From assembly GCA_031387825.1 (NCBI GenBank), contig JANNDO010000038.1, positions 16,114 to 80,113 of the forward strand: a stretch of DNA of 64,000 nucleotides. The letters run 5' to 3'. Below the pieces are notes generated by a model. It was given only the letters and a program-made list of their open reading frames with translations, ran no database searches and was not told the DNA's origin. Origin of the DNA: Chitinophagaceae bacterium. Its GTDB lineage: Bacteria > Bacteroidota > Bacteroidia > Chitinophagales > Chitinophagaceae. This document shows positions 9,779 to 19,918 of this stretch, one piece after another. Position 1 is the first letter of the stretch; every line of letters begins with the position of its first letter. Both the position numbers and the translations under genes were made by a program.

Positions 9779-11716
9779 ATGAAAAAATTTTATTTCCTTT
9801 TTGTTTTTGTCTTTTGTACTTCTGTTATATTCTCACAAACTTTATTTACCTACGGAAATTCATCAGTAGATAAGGGTGAATTCATCAGGGCCTACAACAA
9901 AAACAAAACTCCCGTTACCGATAAAGAAAAAGCGCTGAGGGAATATCTTGACCTGTATGTAAAATTTAAACTAAAAGTAAATGCTGCGCTTGAATTGCGC
10001 CTGGATACTTTGCCCCAGCTCCAGTATGATGCACAAAGCTTTCGCAGCCAGATAGAAGAGAGTTATTTAAATAATGAGAAAGAGGTTAATAACCTGCTTG
10101 CCGAAGCCTTTAACCGCAGCCAAAAAGACCTGCACGTTTTACATTTCTTTATTGCCGGCGATATAACATTAAACCCCGGAGACAGCGTGAAGGCCTATAA
10201 AGCAATTTCTTCTTTATATTCATCCCTGGCCGCTGGTAAAACTGATTATGAAAAGCTAACAGAGGCAGAGCCTGTTAAGGCCAAACAATCAGATATTGGT
10301 TTTATTACTGTATTTTCCCTGCCTTACGAATACGAAAATCTAATTTACAATTTAGGTGTTGGCCAGGTAAGCAAACCTTACAGGTCTAAAAAAGGCTGGC
10401 ATGTATTTAAGGTAGTTGAAGAAAGAAAAGCGGTTGGCAAGTGGAAAATTGCCCAGATATTACTGGCCACTCCTCCTGAGCAACAGGCTGATGATAAAAA
10501 GTTATTGGAAAAAAAGGTTGATTCCATTTACGGGTTACTGCAAAAGGGGGCAGACTTTGCAATTTTAGCAAGGCAATTCAGTGACGATAAAATAACTTAT
10601 GGTACAGGTGGTGAGCTTCAGGAATTTGGTTCAGGTAAATTTGAGCCTTCATTTGAAAAAGAAGTTTTTAAATTAACCCGTGATGGTGAAATAAGCGCCC
10701 CTTTCTTAACCCAATATGGATATCATATTGTAAAGAGATTATCGCAAACCCCGGTATCAACAGATAAAAATGATAATTCCTTATTGTTTGAACTGAAACA
10801 AAAAGTGCAGCAGGACTCAAGAATAAATAATGCCAAAGAATTATTTGCAAAGGAAGTTCTAAAGCAAATAAATTTTAAAAAGACGGGTTCTGTTTCAGAC
10901 GCTGACCTGTTCCGTTATGCTGATAGCGTTACTGCAAACCCTTCTTCCGAAACCGGTGATCTTGCTATTTACCCGATAAGCAATAAGATTATTTACAGTT
11001 TTGCCAAAACAAAAATAACGGGTAAAGACTGGTTGGGTTTTATCAGGAACTATAAGGGTAATCCTGAGATTTACCAGGGAGAAAGCAATGCTGCGTTATC
11101 AGAAAAATTCATTTCCGGGGCAAGTATTGATTATTATAAAAAACATTTGGAAGATTATAATGCCGATTTCCGGTACCAGATGGAAGAATTTAAAGACGGC
11201 AATGTGCTTTTTGAAATAATGGAAAGAAATATCTGGGGGAAGGCGGCCAATGATACCGCCGGTTTATTAAAGCATTATACCGAAAATAAAAATAAATACC
11301 TGTGGGCATCAAGTGCCAACATCATTCTTTTTAACTGTTCAAATAAAACGATAGCAGATGCATCAAGAAATGCTTTGGTTACCGGAAAAGACTGGAAAAA
11401 AATCGCTGAAGAAGCTAATAATACCTTACAGGCCGATTCCGGAAGATTTGAGCTTTCGCAAATTCCGGTTTCTATTAACCCAAAATCACCAAATGGATTT
11501 ATAACTGAGGTTATCGTTAACCCGGCAGATGGAACAGCAAGTTTTGCAAAAGTTGTAAAGCAGTACGACGCCGGTTTGCAACGGAATTTTGATGAAGCAA
11601 AAGGGCTTGTTATAAATGATTATCAAAATATCCTGGAAGAGAGGTGGATAGCCGATTTAAAAAAGAAATATCCGGTTAAAGTAAATGAAGAGGTATTCCG
11701 GTCTTTATTAAAATAA
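9779..11716 (+). CDS. Periplasmic parvulin-type peptidyl-prolyl isomerase
   Basis: Signal peptide and rotamase motifs FAILARQFSDD, GGEL and TQYGYHIVK. Confidence 0.88.
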   Translation: MKKFYFLFVFVFCTSVIFSQTLFTYGNSSVDKGEFIRAYNKNKTPVTDKEKALREYLDLYVKFKLKVNAALELRLDTLPQLQYDAQSFRSQIEESYLNNEKEVNNLLAEAFNRSQKDLHVLHFFIAGDITLNPGDSVKAYKAISSLYSSLAAGKTDYEKLTEAEPVKAKQSDIGFITVFSLPYEYENLIYNLGVGQVSKPYRSKKGWHVFKVVEERKAVGKWKIAQILLATPPEQQADDKKLLEKKVDSIYGLLQKGADFAILARQFSDDKITYGTGGELQEFGSGKFEPSFEKEVFKLTRDGEISAPFLTQYGYHIVKRLSQTPVSTDKNDNSLLFELKQKVQQDSRINNAKELFAKEVLKQINFKKTGSVSDADLFRYADSVTANPSSETGDLAIYPISNKIIYSFAKTKITGKDWLGFIRNYKGNPEIYQGESNAALSEKFISGASIDYYKKHLEDYNADFRYQMEEFKDGNVLFEIMERNIWGKAANDTAGLLKHYTENKNKYLWASSANIILFNCSNKTIADASRNALVTGKDWKKIAEEANNTLQADSGRFELSQIPVSINPKSPNGFITEVIVNPADGTASFAKVVKQYDAGLQRNFDEAKGLVINDYQNILEERWIADLKKKYPVKVNEEVFRSLLK

Positions 11717-11732
11717 TTACTTTAACAATAGC

Positions 11733-11770
11733 ATTCAAAAGCCCGCGGTAAATACTGCGGGCTTTTGAAT
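11733..11770. terminator. Bidirectional terminator between convergent genes
   Basis: ATTCAAAAGCCCGC ... GCGGGCTTTTGAAT forms a 14-bp inverted repeat. Confidence 0.85.
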
Positions 11771-12724
11771 CTAAATAATTTTCTTTACCACATTCCCTAC
11801 AATCCTTGGCCGGCCCAGTGTGTAATAATGCAATATAGGTACACCAAATTTTTTTAACTCCTGCGATTGATAAAGCAACCACTCTGTTCCAACCTGCTCC
11901 ACAGCTTCTTCTGTTTTGCAATTGATAATTTCCTTACTTAATTCCTTGGGAATATCAATATGAAAGACCTTGGGCAACATGGTTAATTGGTTTGTGCTGT
12001 AAATGGGTTTTAACCCGGGGATAATTGGCACTGTTATTCCAAATTCCCGGCATGCCTTTACAAAAGCATAAAACTTTTCATTGTCAAAAAACATTTGTGT
12101 TACAATATACTCAGCACCCATATCCATTTTCATTTTTAAGTAGTGCAGGTCGCTTTCCATATTTGGTGCTTCAAAATGTTTCTCCGGGTAGCCGGCAACA
12201 CCAATACAAAATTTTGTTTTGCTTGTGTTTTTCAGGTCTTCTTCAAGATAAATGCCTGAATTCAGGTCTACCACCTGCTTTAAAAGCTCACTTGCATATT
12301 TGTGACCCCCTGGTTCAGGCAGGAAGGCGTTCTCATTTTTAGCAGCATCTCCACGCAGCACCAACACATTGTCAATACCAAGATAATGGAGGTTTATCAG
12401 TGCGTCTTCTGTTTCATTAATACCAAAGCCTCCGCAAATTAAATGTGGTACCGTGTCCACGCTGTATTTATTCATGATGGAGGCGCAAATACTTTCGGTA
12501 CCCGGCCGTTTACGAACTATGACTTTTTGAAAGCTGCCATCAGCATTTTTTTTAAATACGTGTTCGCTTCGGTGATAAGTTACATTTATATAGGCAGGCT
12601 TGTATTCCATCAGGGGATCAAGGTGTTGGTATAAAGACTGTATCCCCTTTCCTTTTAGTGGAGGTAAAATTTCGAAAGAGATTAGGGTATCTTTTGCCTG
12701 GGCTATGTGGTCTGTAACTTTCAT
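11771..12724 (-). CDS. metF: 5,10-methylenetetrahydrofolate reductase
   Basis: SFEILPP, VPHLICGG, LVLRGD, GVAGYPEKH and VTQMFFD. Confidence 0.95.
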   Translation of the reverse strand: MKVTDHIAQAKDTLISFEILPPLKGKGIQSLYQHLDPLMEYKPAYINVTYHRSEHVFKKNADGSFQKVIVRKRPGTESICASIMNKYSVDTVPHLICGGFGINETEDALINLHYLGIDNVLVLRGDAAKNENAFLPEPGGHKYASELLKQVVDLNSGIYLEEDLKNTSKTKFCIGVAGYPEKHFEAPNMESDLHYLKMKMDMGAEYIVTQMFFDNEKFYAFVKACREFGITVPIIPGLKPIYSTNQLTMLPKVFHIDIPKELSKEIINCKTEEAVEQVGTEWLLYQSQELKKFGVPILHYYTLGRPRIVGNVVKKII

Positions 12725-12842
12725 TTACTTAAGAATATCTGCAAACATAGTTAAGAAGCAATAAAGCACAAACTGCAGTTAAATAAATTATGTATAAAGT
12801 ATGTTTAAAGGTTTGTATTATTTTTGTAATAAACACAGTCTT

Positions 12843-13604
12843 TTGAATTTAACCATACAAACCAAAGACCTTGTAAAAGTTTACGGCAGCCGTACGGTTG
12901 TAAACAAGGTTTCATTTAACGTGAAGCAGGGAGAGATCGTTGGTTTATTAGGCCCAAACGGTGCTGGTAAAACCACTTCTTTTTACCAGGTAGTAGGGTT
13001 GGTAAAACCAGATGAGGGAGAAGTGTTCTTAAATGATATCAACATTACCAAATTACCGATGTACAAAAGGGCCCAGATGGGTATTGGTTACCTGCCCCAG
13101 GAAGCCAGTGTGTTCCGTAAACTGAGCGTAGAAGATAATATATTGGCTGTTTTAGAAATGACAAAACTCGGAAAGCAGCAACAAAAAGAAAAGCTGGAAA
13201 CCCTGCTTAATGAATTTAATTTACAACTGGTAAGAAAAAATAATGGTGATACATTGAGTGGGGGAGAAAGAAGAAGAACAGAAATTGCCCGGGCCTTAGC
13301 TGTTGACCCAAAATTCATTTTACTGGATGAACCCTTTGCCGGGGTTGACCCAATTGCTGTTGAAGACATTCAGGCTATTGTAGCTAAACTAAAATTCAGG
13401 AATATCGGTATTTTAATTACTGATCATAATGTAAACGAAACATTATCTATTTGCGACAGGGCTTACCTGTTGATAGATGGAAAAATATTTACCCACGGCA
13501 CAGCCGAAGAGTTGGCCAATGATGAACAGGTACGCCGTTTATACCTGGGTAAAAACTTTGAATTAAAGCGCAAGGATTATTTACATGATGAAGCTGCCCG
13601 ATAA
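12843..13604 (+). CDS. lptB: LPS export ABC transporter ATP-binding protein
   Basis: [29 protein letters not shown] and [11 protein letters not shown] 12843 is preferred as start because a TATTTTTG promoter element lies at 12819-12826, downstream of the ORF-track ATG at 12801. Confidence 0.95.
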   Translation: MNLTIQTKDLVKVYGSRTVVNKVSFNVKQGEIVGLLGPNGAGKTTSFYQVVGLVKPDEGEVFLNDINITKLPMYKRAQMGIGYLPQEASVFRKLSVEDNILAVLEMTKLGKQQQKEKLETLLNEFNLQLVRKNNGDTLSGGERRRTEIARALAVDPKFILLDEPFAGVDPIAVEDIQAIVAKLKFRNIGILITDHNVNETLSICDRAYLLIDGKIFTHGTAEELANDEQVRRLYLGKNFELKRKDYLHDEAAR

Positions 13605-13625
13605 TTTATTTATCTTGGCAGAGAA

Positions 13626-15146
13626 ATGAAACTCCTCTCCCCCGCCATATCTAAATTAGCCCGTATGCGCCTGTGGCGTATTGAGAACTGGAGCAGCCAT
13701 CCCGAAGCTGCACAGCGTGAAGTTTTACAGGATTTAGTTACGGCAGCGCAATACACTGAGTTTGGCAGAAAATATAATTTCTCAAAATTATTTACTCTTA
13801 AAGAGTTTAAAAAAAATATTCCCATTCATGAGTATGATGATATAAAGCCATACATCCTGCGGATGATGAATGGGGAAGAAAATATTTTATGGAATACCCC
13901 GGTTTCCTGGTTTGCAAAATCTTCGGGTACCACATCCGATAAAAGTAAATTCATACCGATCAGCGAAGAAAGTTTACAGGATAATCATTTTAAGGCAAGC
14001 AAAGACCTGTTAAGTAATTATTACAAAAATTTTCCTTCCAGCGACCTGTTAACAGGTAAAGGGTTAGTGGTTGGTGGTTCACACCAGATCAGCAAAGTAA
14101 ACGAAGATATACAATACGGCGACCTGAGTGCTGTGCTCATGCAAAACTCCCCATTTTGGGGCCAATGGATTCGTACTCCTGAACTTAGTGTTGCGTTGTT
14201 AGATGAATGGGAAGATAAAATTGAAAAACTGGCACAGGTTACAGCCGGAGAAAATGTTACGTCTCTTGCAGGTGTTCCCACCTGGACACTGCTTTTATTA
14301 AAACGAATTTTAGAAATAAAAGGCAAGGCAACCATAAAGGAAGTATGGCCTAACCTGGAACTCTATATCAATGGTGGTGTTTCTTTTGTGCCTTATAAAG
14401 AACAGTTTGATAAAATCATCGGGGGCAAAATAAATTACCTGGAAATTTATAATGCCAGCGAAGGGTTTGTTGCGGCACAGGTTAGTCCGGATGATGATGG
14501 TATGCTGTTATTTACAGAACATGGTATTTTTTATGAGTTTATGCCGGTGGAAGAATATGGAAACAAGAACCCAGTAACAGTTGGGTTAAAAGATGTGGTT
14601 ATTGGAAAGAATTATGCATTAGTGATGAGTACAACCGGTGGCCTGTGGCGCTATTTAATTGGCGACACTATCCAGTTTACCAATCTTAATCCATATAATA
14701 TAAAAATAAGCGGCAGGTTGAAACATTATATGAATGCTTTTGGGGAAGAAGTGATTGTTGACAACAGTGATAAAGCAATTGCCTTTGCAGCTGAAAAAAC
14801 AAATGCTGTGGTCAATGATTACACAGCTGCTCCCGTTTTTTTTAGCGAAAACAGTAATGGCGCACATGAATGGCTGGTTGAATTTGGAAAAGAGCCCGAT
14901 GATTTTGGTAACTTTATTGCTGAACTGGATAATTGCCTGAAAAATATTAATAGCGACTATGAAGCCAAGCGCCATAAAAGTATTGCCCTGCGGCTTCCCA
15001 TTGTTCATAAGCTGCCTGTAGGAACATTTACAGAATGGTTGCGCAGTAAAGGCCGGCTTGGGGGCCAGCATAAAGTTCCCCGGCTGAGTAATGAAAGAGC
15101 TATGCTGGAAGAGATACTTACAATAAAAAATTTAATCGTTATTTAA
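13626..15146 (+). CDS. GH3 (auxin-responsive promoter) family acyl-adenylate/amido synthetase-like protein
   Basis: KSSGTT, YNASEG, LWRYLIGD and C-terminal QHKVPRL. Confidence 0.88.
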   Translation: MKLLSPAISKLARMRLWRIENWSSHPEAAQREVLQDLVTAAQYTEFGRKYNFSKLFTLKEFKKNIPIHEYDDIKPYILRMMNGEENILWNTPVSWFAKSSGTTSDKSKFIPISEESLQDNHFKASKDLLSNYYKNFPSSDLLTGKGLVVGGSHQISKVNEDIQYGDLSAVLMQNSPFWGQWIRTPELSVALLDEWEDKIEKLAQVTAGENVTSLAGVPTWTLLLLKRILEIKGKATIKEVWPNLELYINGGVSFVPYKEQFDKIIGGKINYLEIYNASEGFVAAQVSPDDDGMLLFTEHGIFYEFMPVEEYGNKNPVTVGLKDVVIGKNYALVMSTTGGLWRYLIGDTIQFTNLNPYNIKISGRLKHYMNAFGEEVIVDNSDKAIAFAAEKTNAVVNDYTAAPVFFSENSNGAHEWLVEFGKEPDDFGNFIAELDNCLKNINSDYEAKRHKSIALRLPIVHKLPVGTFTEWLRSKGRLGGQHKVPRLSNERAMLEEILTIKNLIVI

Positions 15147-15183
15147 TTTCCAGGTCTTATCTGAAAAAAGAAAAATTAAAAAT

Positions 15184-15939
15184 ATGAAATTATTAGCCGG
15201 AAAAAATGCAATTATAACGGGTGCGGCTCGGGGCATAGGAGAAGGTATTGCTATTAAATTTGCCGAACATGGCTGTAATGTGGCATTTACTTATATAAGC
15301 AACGGCAGTGCAGAAAAAGCAAAGGCACTGGAAGAGAAATTAACTGCCATGGGCGTAAAAGCAAAAGCTTATCAAAGTAATGCCGGCGATTTTGCTGCCT
15401 GTGAAAGCCTGGTAAATGATGCGATGAAGGAATTTGGCACAATAGACATTTGTGTAAATAATGCCGGCATTTCAAAAGATAATTTATTGCTTCGCATGAC
15501 ACCCGAACAATGGGACGATGTGATGCAGATAAATTTAAAAAGTGTTTTTAACATGACCAAACAGGTGATACGCCCCATGATGAAAGCAAGGAGTGGCAGC
15601 ATCATTAATATGAGCAGCGTTATCGGTGAAATGGGAAATGCCGGCCAAAGCAGCTATGCAGCCAGTAAAGCAGGCATCATTGGTTTTACAAAAAGTATAG
15701 CAAAGGAATTGGGAAGCCGTAATATCCGTTGCAATGCTGTGGCCCCAGGGTTTGTGGAAACCGATATGACCAGTTATTTAAAAGAAGGCGAAGGCGCTGA
15801 AAAGTATAAGGCCGATATTCCTCTGGGAAGGTTTGCCAGTACGGAAGATATTGCCAATGTTTGCCTGTTTTTGGCAAGCAACCTCGGCTGCTATGTTACC
15901 GGGCAAACCATAAGTGTTTGTGGAGGCCTGAATATATAA
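15184..15939 (+). CDS. fabG: 3-oxoacyl-[ACP] reductase
   Basis: TGAARGIG, NNAGI, YAASKAG and NAVAPGF (SDR family). Confidence 0.9.
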   Translation: MKLLAGKNAIITGAARGIGEGIAIKFAEHGCNVAFTYISNGSAEKAKALEEKLTAMGVKAKAYQSNAGDFAACESLVNDAMKEFGTIDICVNNAGISKDNLLLRMTPEQWDDVMQINLKSVFNMTKQVIRPMMKARSGSIINMSSVIGEMGNAGQSSYAASKAGIIGFTKSIAKELGSRNIRCNAVAPGFVETDMTSYLKEGEGAEKYKADIPLGRFASTEDIANVCLFLASNLGCYVTGQTISVCGGLNI

Positions 15940-16038
15940 ATCTTATTTTTCCCTCAACAGGCATGGCCAAATGTCAAATAAAAGTAAATTTTTCAACAGG
16001 TATTTGTATTACAGGATTCATTGTTTACTTTTGCGGCA

Positions 16039-16347
16039 TTGAAAAAAACTGTTTCCATACTATTCATTATCATTTTCATGCTGCAGGCTTTGCCTGTAAT
16101 GTATTGGGCATATGGGTTTGATAATGGCAATATCTCTGTTGAATTGATAGATGATATGGACAATAGCGAAAAAGATAATAAAAAAGAAGAGGGGAAAGAC
16201 AGTAAAGAGAAGAATATTGCCGCAAAACATTATTACAATAAACTGGTGCCCGTCATGACTGCAAGGCTTACATTACTTCCTTCCGGAAACGCGGTCATTT
16301 TGCACCATGCCGATATCAACACACCCCCTCCTGATATTAACGCCTAA
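16039..16347 (+). CDS. Small hypothetical protein upstream of sulP: one hydrophobic helix, acidic/lysine tract, C-terminal TPPPD
   Basis: Open frame. TTG 16039 lies 5 nt after a TACTTTTG promoter element (16026-16033); the ORF track starts at 16021. Confidence 0.65.
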   Translation: MKKTVSILFIIIFMLQALPVMYWAYGFDNGNISVELIDDMDNSEKDNKKEEGKDSKEKNIAAKHYYNKLVPVMTARLTLLPSGNAVILHHADINTPPPDINA

Positions 16348-16473
16348 CAAAGCTCTCTTTTTTCAGGATCCCTGTAAATAATTTCTTAGTGAAACATCAT
16401 TATGATGCGCTTAAACAGCGAGGATGCTGTTGAGGATATTTCTCAGGTCATCAAAATCAATTAAAATTATTTT

Positions 16474-18027
16474 ATGAATAAAAGTTTTTTCGCCAACTGG
16501 CGGCAGGACCTGCCTGCAAGTATTGTGGTGTTTTTTGTAGCAGTTCCTTTGTGCCTTGGTATTGCGCTGGCTTCGGGCGCACCATTATTTGCCGGTATCA
16601 TTGCCGGAATAGTTGGTGGTATTATTGTTGGAATTGCCAGCGGTTCGCCACTTGGTGTTAGCGGCCCTGCTGCCGGCCTGGCAGTAATTGTATTAACTTC
16701 AATTGCTTCACTGGGATCCTGGCCTGCTTTTTTACTGGCAGTTGTAATTGCCGGAATTATTCAACTTGCACTTGGCTTTGTCAAAGCTGGTTTTATTGCG
16801 TATTTCTTTCCTTCTTCAGTAATTAATGGAATGCTTACGGGTATTGGGTTGCTCATTATCTTAAAGCAAATTCCCCATGCATTAGGCTGGGATAAAGATG
16901 CCGTAGGTGATGATGCTTTTTTACAGGCAGACGGGCAGAATACATTTTCTGAAATAGCAAAAGCGCTGGATTTTATTACTCCCGGAGCTGTATTGATTGC
17001 TGCTATTTCATTAGCCATCCTGATTTTATGGGATACCGTATTGACAAAAAAACATAAAATATTTCAGTTGATACAGGGCCCGATTGTGGTTGTAATTCTT
17101 GGCATCATAATGAATTATTTGTTTAAGGCTGGAACACTGAATTTTAGTTTAGCGGAAGACCAGGTTGTAAGGCTTCCGGTTGCAAAGAATTTAACGGAGT
17201 TTTTCAGCCAGTTCACTTTTCCGGATTTTTCAGCAATAACAAATTTCGAGGTATGGAAGATTGCTATTGTATTAGCCATTGTTGCCAGCCTGGAAACGTT
17301 GTTATGTGTTGAAGCTACCGACAAAATGGACCCTAATAAAAGAATTACACCAACCAACAGGGAATTAAAAGCTCAGGGTATAGGAAATATTGTTTCAGGA
17401 TTGATCGGCGGATTGCCAATAACACAGGTTATTGTTCGAAGTACTGCCAATATTTCTTTTGGCGGTAAAACAAAATTATCGGCTATACTTCACGGGGTGT
17501 TTTTATTGATCAGCGCTATTACCATTGCCGGCTTGTTGAATATGATCCCACTGGCCAGTTTAGCCGCCATTTTACTAATGGTTGGTTATAAATTGGCGAA
17601 ACCGGTTCTTTTCAAACAGATGTATAAACTGGGCTGGGAGCAGTTTATCCCCTTTATGGCAACAGTTGTTGGCATATTGGCAACAGATTTACTGAAAGGG
17701 ATTACCATTGGTATTCTCTTTGGTATTTTTTACACGCTGCGCCACAGTTACCGCAATTCACATTACATGAAAGAAACGGTAACAACTGAAGAAGGGCATG
17801 AAGTACATCATCTTGTTTTAGCAGAAGAGGTCTCGTTTTTTAATAAGGCCAGTGTGATAAAAGAGCTGGAAGAAATTCCTGCCAATTCGAAAGTAATTAT
17901 AGATTGCTCAAGATCAAAAGCAATTGCACATGATGTACTTGAGCTGATAAAGAACTATGAGATTAATGCAAAGACCAAAAATATTACAGTTGAAAAAATA
18001 AATTTTATTGAACCTGTTTTTTTATAA
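16474..18027 (+). CDS. SulP/SLC26 family anion (probably bicarbonate) transporter with STAS-like tail
   Basis: VPLCLGIALASG, VSGPAAG, LETLLC, ELKAQGIGN and SFFNK. Confidence 0.92.
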   Translation: MNKSFFANWRQDLPASIVVFFVAVPLCLGIALASGAPLFAGIIAGIVGGIIVGIASGSPLGVSGPAAGLAVIVLTSIASLGSWPAFLLAVVIAGIIQLALGFVKAGFIAYFFPSSVINGMLTGIGLLIILKQIPHALGWDKDAVGDDAFLQADGQNTFSEIAKALDFITPGAVLIAAISLAILILWDTVLTKKHKIFQLIQGPIVVVILGIIMNYLFKAGTLNFSLAEDQVVRLPVAKNLTEFFSQFTFPDFSAITNFEVWKIAIVLAIVASLETLLCVEATDKMDPNKRITPTNRELKAQGIGNIVSGLIGGLPITQVIVRSTANISFGGKTKLSAILHGVFLLISAITIAGLLNMIPLASLAAILLMVGYKLAKPVLFKQMYKLGWEQFIPFMATVVGILATDLLKGITIGILFGIFYTLRHSYRNSHYMKETVTTEEGHEVHHLVLAEEVSFFNKASVIKELEEIPANSKVIIDCSRSKAIAHDVLELIKNYEINAKTKNITVEKINFIEPVFL

Positions 18028-18046
18028 AAAAAATAAACTAATTAAA

Positions 18047-18688
18047 ATGAAAACATTAACTAAAGAAATGCAGAATGCCATTACGCCGGCTATGGCTATG
18101 GATATTTTAAAAAAAGGGAACGACAGGTTTGTAAATAACCTTAAAGCAAACCGAAACCTGTTACAACAGGCAAATGAAACATCCGATGGGCAGCATCCAT
18201 TTGCGGTAATATTAAGTTGCATTGATTCCAGAACTTCAGCAGAATTAATTTTCGATCAGGGCCTAGGAGATATTTTCAGTGTTCGTATTGCAGGCAATAT
18301 CATCAATGAAGATATTTTAGGCAGTATGGAGTTTGGCTGTAAGGTGGCCGGCGCAAAAATTATTATAGTACTCGGCCATACCAAATGTGGCGCTGTAAAA
18401 GGAGCCTGCGACCATGTTGAAATGGGAAATCTTACTGCCTTACTTTCAAAAATACAACCAGCGGTTTATGATGAGAAGACAGAAACTCAGAACCGCAGCT
18501 CGGGTAATAATGAATTTGTAGAAAAAGTATCAACCATTAATGTAAAAAGAACAGTACAGGCCATTATGGAACGTAGCCCTATATTAAAAGAAATGATTGA
18601 AAGTGGTGCGATAGGTATTGCCGGTGGCACCCATGATATTTCAACAGGGATGGTGCATTTTTATGACGACGTTTCGCGTATTCAATAG
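18047..18688 (+). CDS. Beta-class carbonic anhydrase (SulP-linked type)
   Basis: Zn ligand motifs LSCIDSR and GHTKCGA, plus RIAGN. ATG 18047 preferred over the ORF-track start 18008. Confidence 0.92.
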   Translation: MKTLTKEMQNAITPAMAMDILKKGNDRFVNNLKANRNLLQQANETSDGQHPFAVILSCIDSRTSAELIFDQGLGDIFSVRIAGNIINEDILGSMEFGCKVAGAKIIIVLGHTKCGAVKGACDHVEMGNLTALLSKIQPAVYDEKTETQNRSSGNNEFVEKVSTINVKRTVQAIMERSPILKEMIESGAIGIAGGTHDISTGMVHFYDDVSRIQ

Positions 18689-18741
18689 GTTCAAAGTCGT
18701 TTTTTGTTAGATACTAAATTAACTATTAAAGAACAAAATTT

Positions 18742-19074
18742 ATGAAAATAGACATTCAATCACCCGGATTTACACCCAAACAGGGTCTGTTAAATTTTGT
18801 ACATAAAGAAGTGGGTAAAGTAGATGGTTTATATGAAGAAATCATTAGTCTGGAAGTTTGTTTGAGCCTCGACAATTCATCTACCAATGAGAATAAAAAC
18901 TGCCGGCTAAGGTTGGTCATTCCGGGGAATGACCTGCTTTCTTTTGCTGAATCTGAAACATTTGAAGAAGCAACAAAGCTTTCTATTGATATACTTAAAA
19001 GGCAAATAGAAAAAATCAAAACAAAAAGAAGACGACGGTATGGAATTAAGTCAATCAACCGGGATACGCTATAG
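18742..19074 (+). CDS. HPF/RaiA (ribosomal protein S30AE) family protein
   Basis: NENK, LVIPGNDL, and TFEEA...LKRQIEK match the short-HPF pattern. Confidence 0.8.
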   Translation: MKIDIQSPGFTPKQGLLNFVHKEVGKVDGLYEEIISLEVCLSLDNSSTNENKNCRLRLVIPGNDLLSFAESETFEEATKLSIDILKRQIEKIKTKRRRRYGIKSINRDTL

Positions 19075-19129
19075 TTTTTTAACTAAGCCTTCCTGGTTTT
19101 ATGAAATGCGTTTTCAATTTATGCTCGAT

Positions 19130-19918
19130 ATGGGTATTTTTAAAAAAGGCTTTGTGCTATTTGTTATTGCCGCAATAAGTTTCAATAGAACAACTGCTCA
19201 AAACACCCGGATCAGTGATAGAAATACAATTGGCTGGTTCTCTAATTTTACAACATTGAAATTCAATAAAAAATGGAGTGGCCACCTGGAGTACCAGTGG
19301 CGAAGAGAAAATATAATCAAAGATTGGCAACAAAGCCTGTTTCGGATCGGGGTCAATTACCAGGTGCATAATAAGATTATCCTGCGATTGGGATATGCCT
19401 GGGTAGAAACTTTCCCTTATGGTGATATTCCATTACAGGCTGCAGGTAAAAGATTTCCGGAACACAGGCTTTTCCAGATGGCTACTCTTGCTGATAACGG
19501 AAACAGGATAGAAATGAGCCACCGGTTCGTGCTGGAGCAAAGGTGGATTGGCAGGTATACCAATGCGGTATTAGCAAAGCCGGATGACTTTTTATTTTTA
19601 AACCGGGCCAGGTATATGTATCGTATACAAATGGCAATCGGTAAAAAGAAGATAGAAGATAAAACGCCTTATGCAGCCATCTATGATGAAATATTTATTG
19701 GTTTTGGAAAAAATGTAAATGAAAATGTTTTTGACCAGAACCGGCTGGGTTTGTTATTGGGTTACCGGTTTAATAAAAACTTCAGGGTGGAGGGTGGTTT
19801 TTTTCAGCAAATTGTTCTTCTGGGCAGGGAAGTTAATAACCGCAATGTTTTTCAGTACAATAACGGAATTATATTAAATGGTCTTTTTAACTTTGATCTG
19901 AGCAAAAAAACAAATTAA
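19130..19918 (+). CDS. DUF2490 family outer-membrane beta-barrel protein
   Basis: Signal peptide from ATG 19130 (start uncertain; ORF is open from 19040). Motifs EHRLFQ, HRFVLEQRW, RARY, DEIF and FDQNR, with alternating aromatic strands. Confidence 0.85.
   Translation: MGIFKKGFVLFVIAAISFNRTTAQNTRISDRNTIGWFSNFTTLKFNKKWSGHLEYQWRRENIIKDWQQSLFRIGVNYQVHNKIILRLGYAWVETFPYGDIPLQAAGKRFPEHRLFQMATLADNGNRIEMSHRFVLEQRWIGRYTNAVLAKPDDFLFLNRARYMYRIQMAIGKKKIEDKTPYAAIYDEIFIGFGKNVNENVFDQNRLGLLLGYRFNKNFRVEGGFFQQIVLLGREVNNRNVFQYNNGIILNGLFNFDLSKKTN

Noticed and set aside
12725-12842. SAM riboswitch upstream of metF (likewise TPP upstream of thiL)
   Set aside because: The spacer is short, AT-rich and occupied by divergent promoters, and thiL is 8 nt behind suhB. 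No aptamer consensus is visible.
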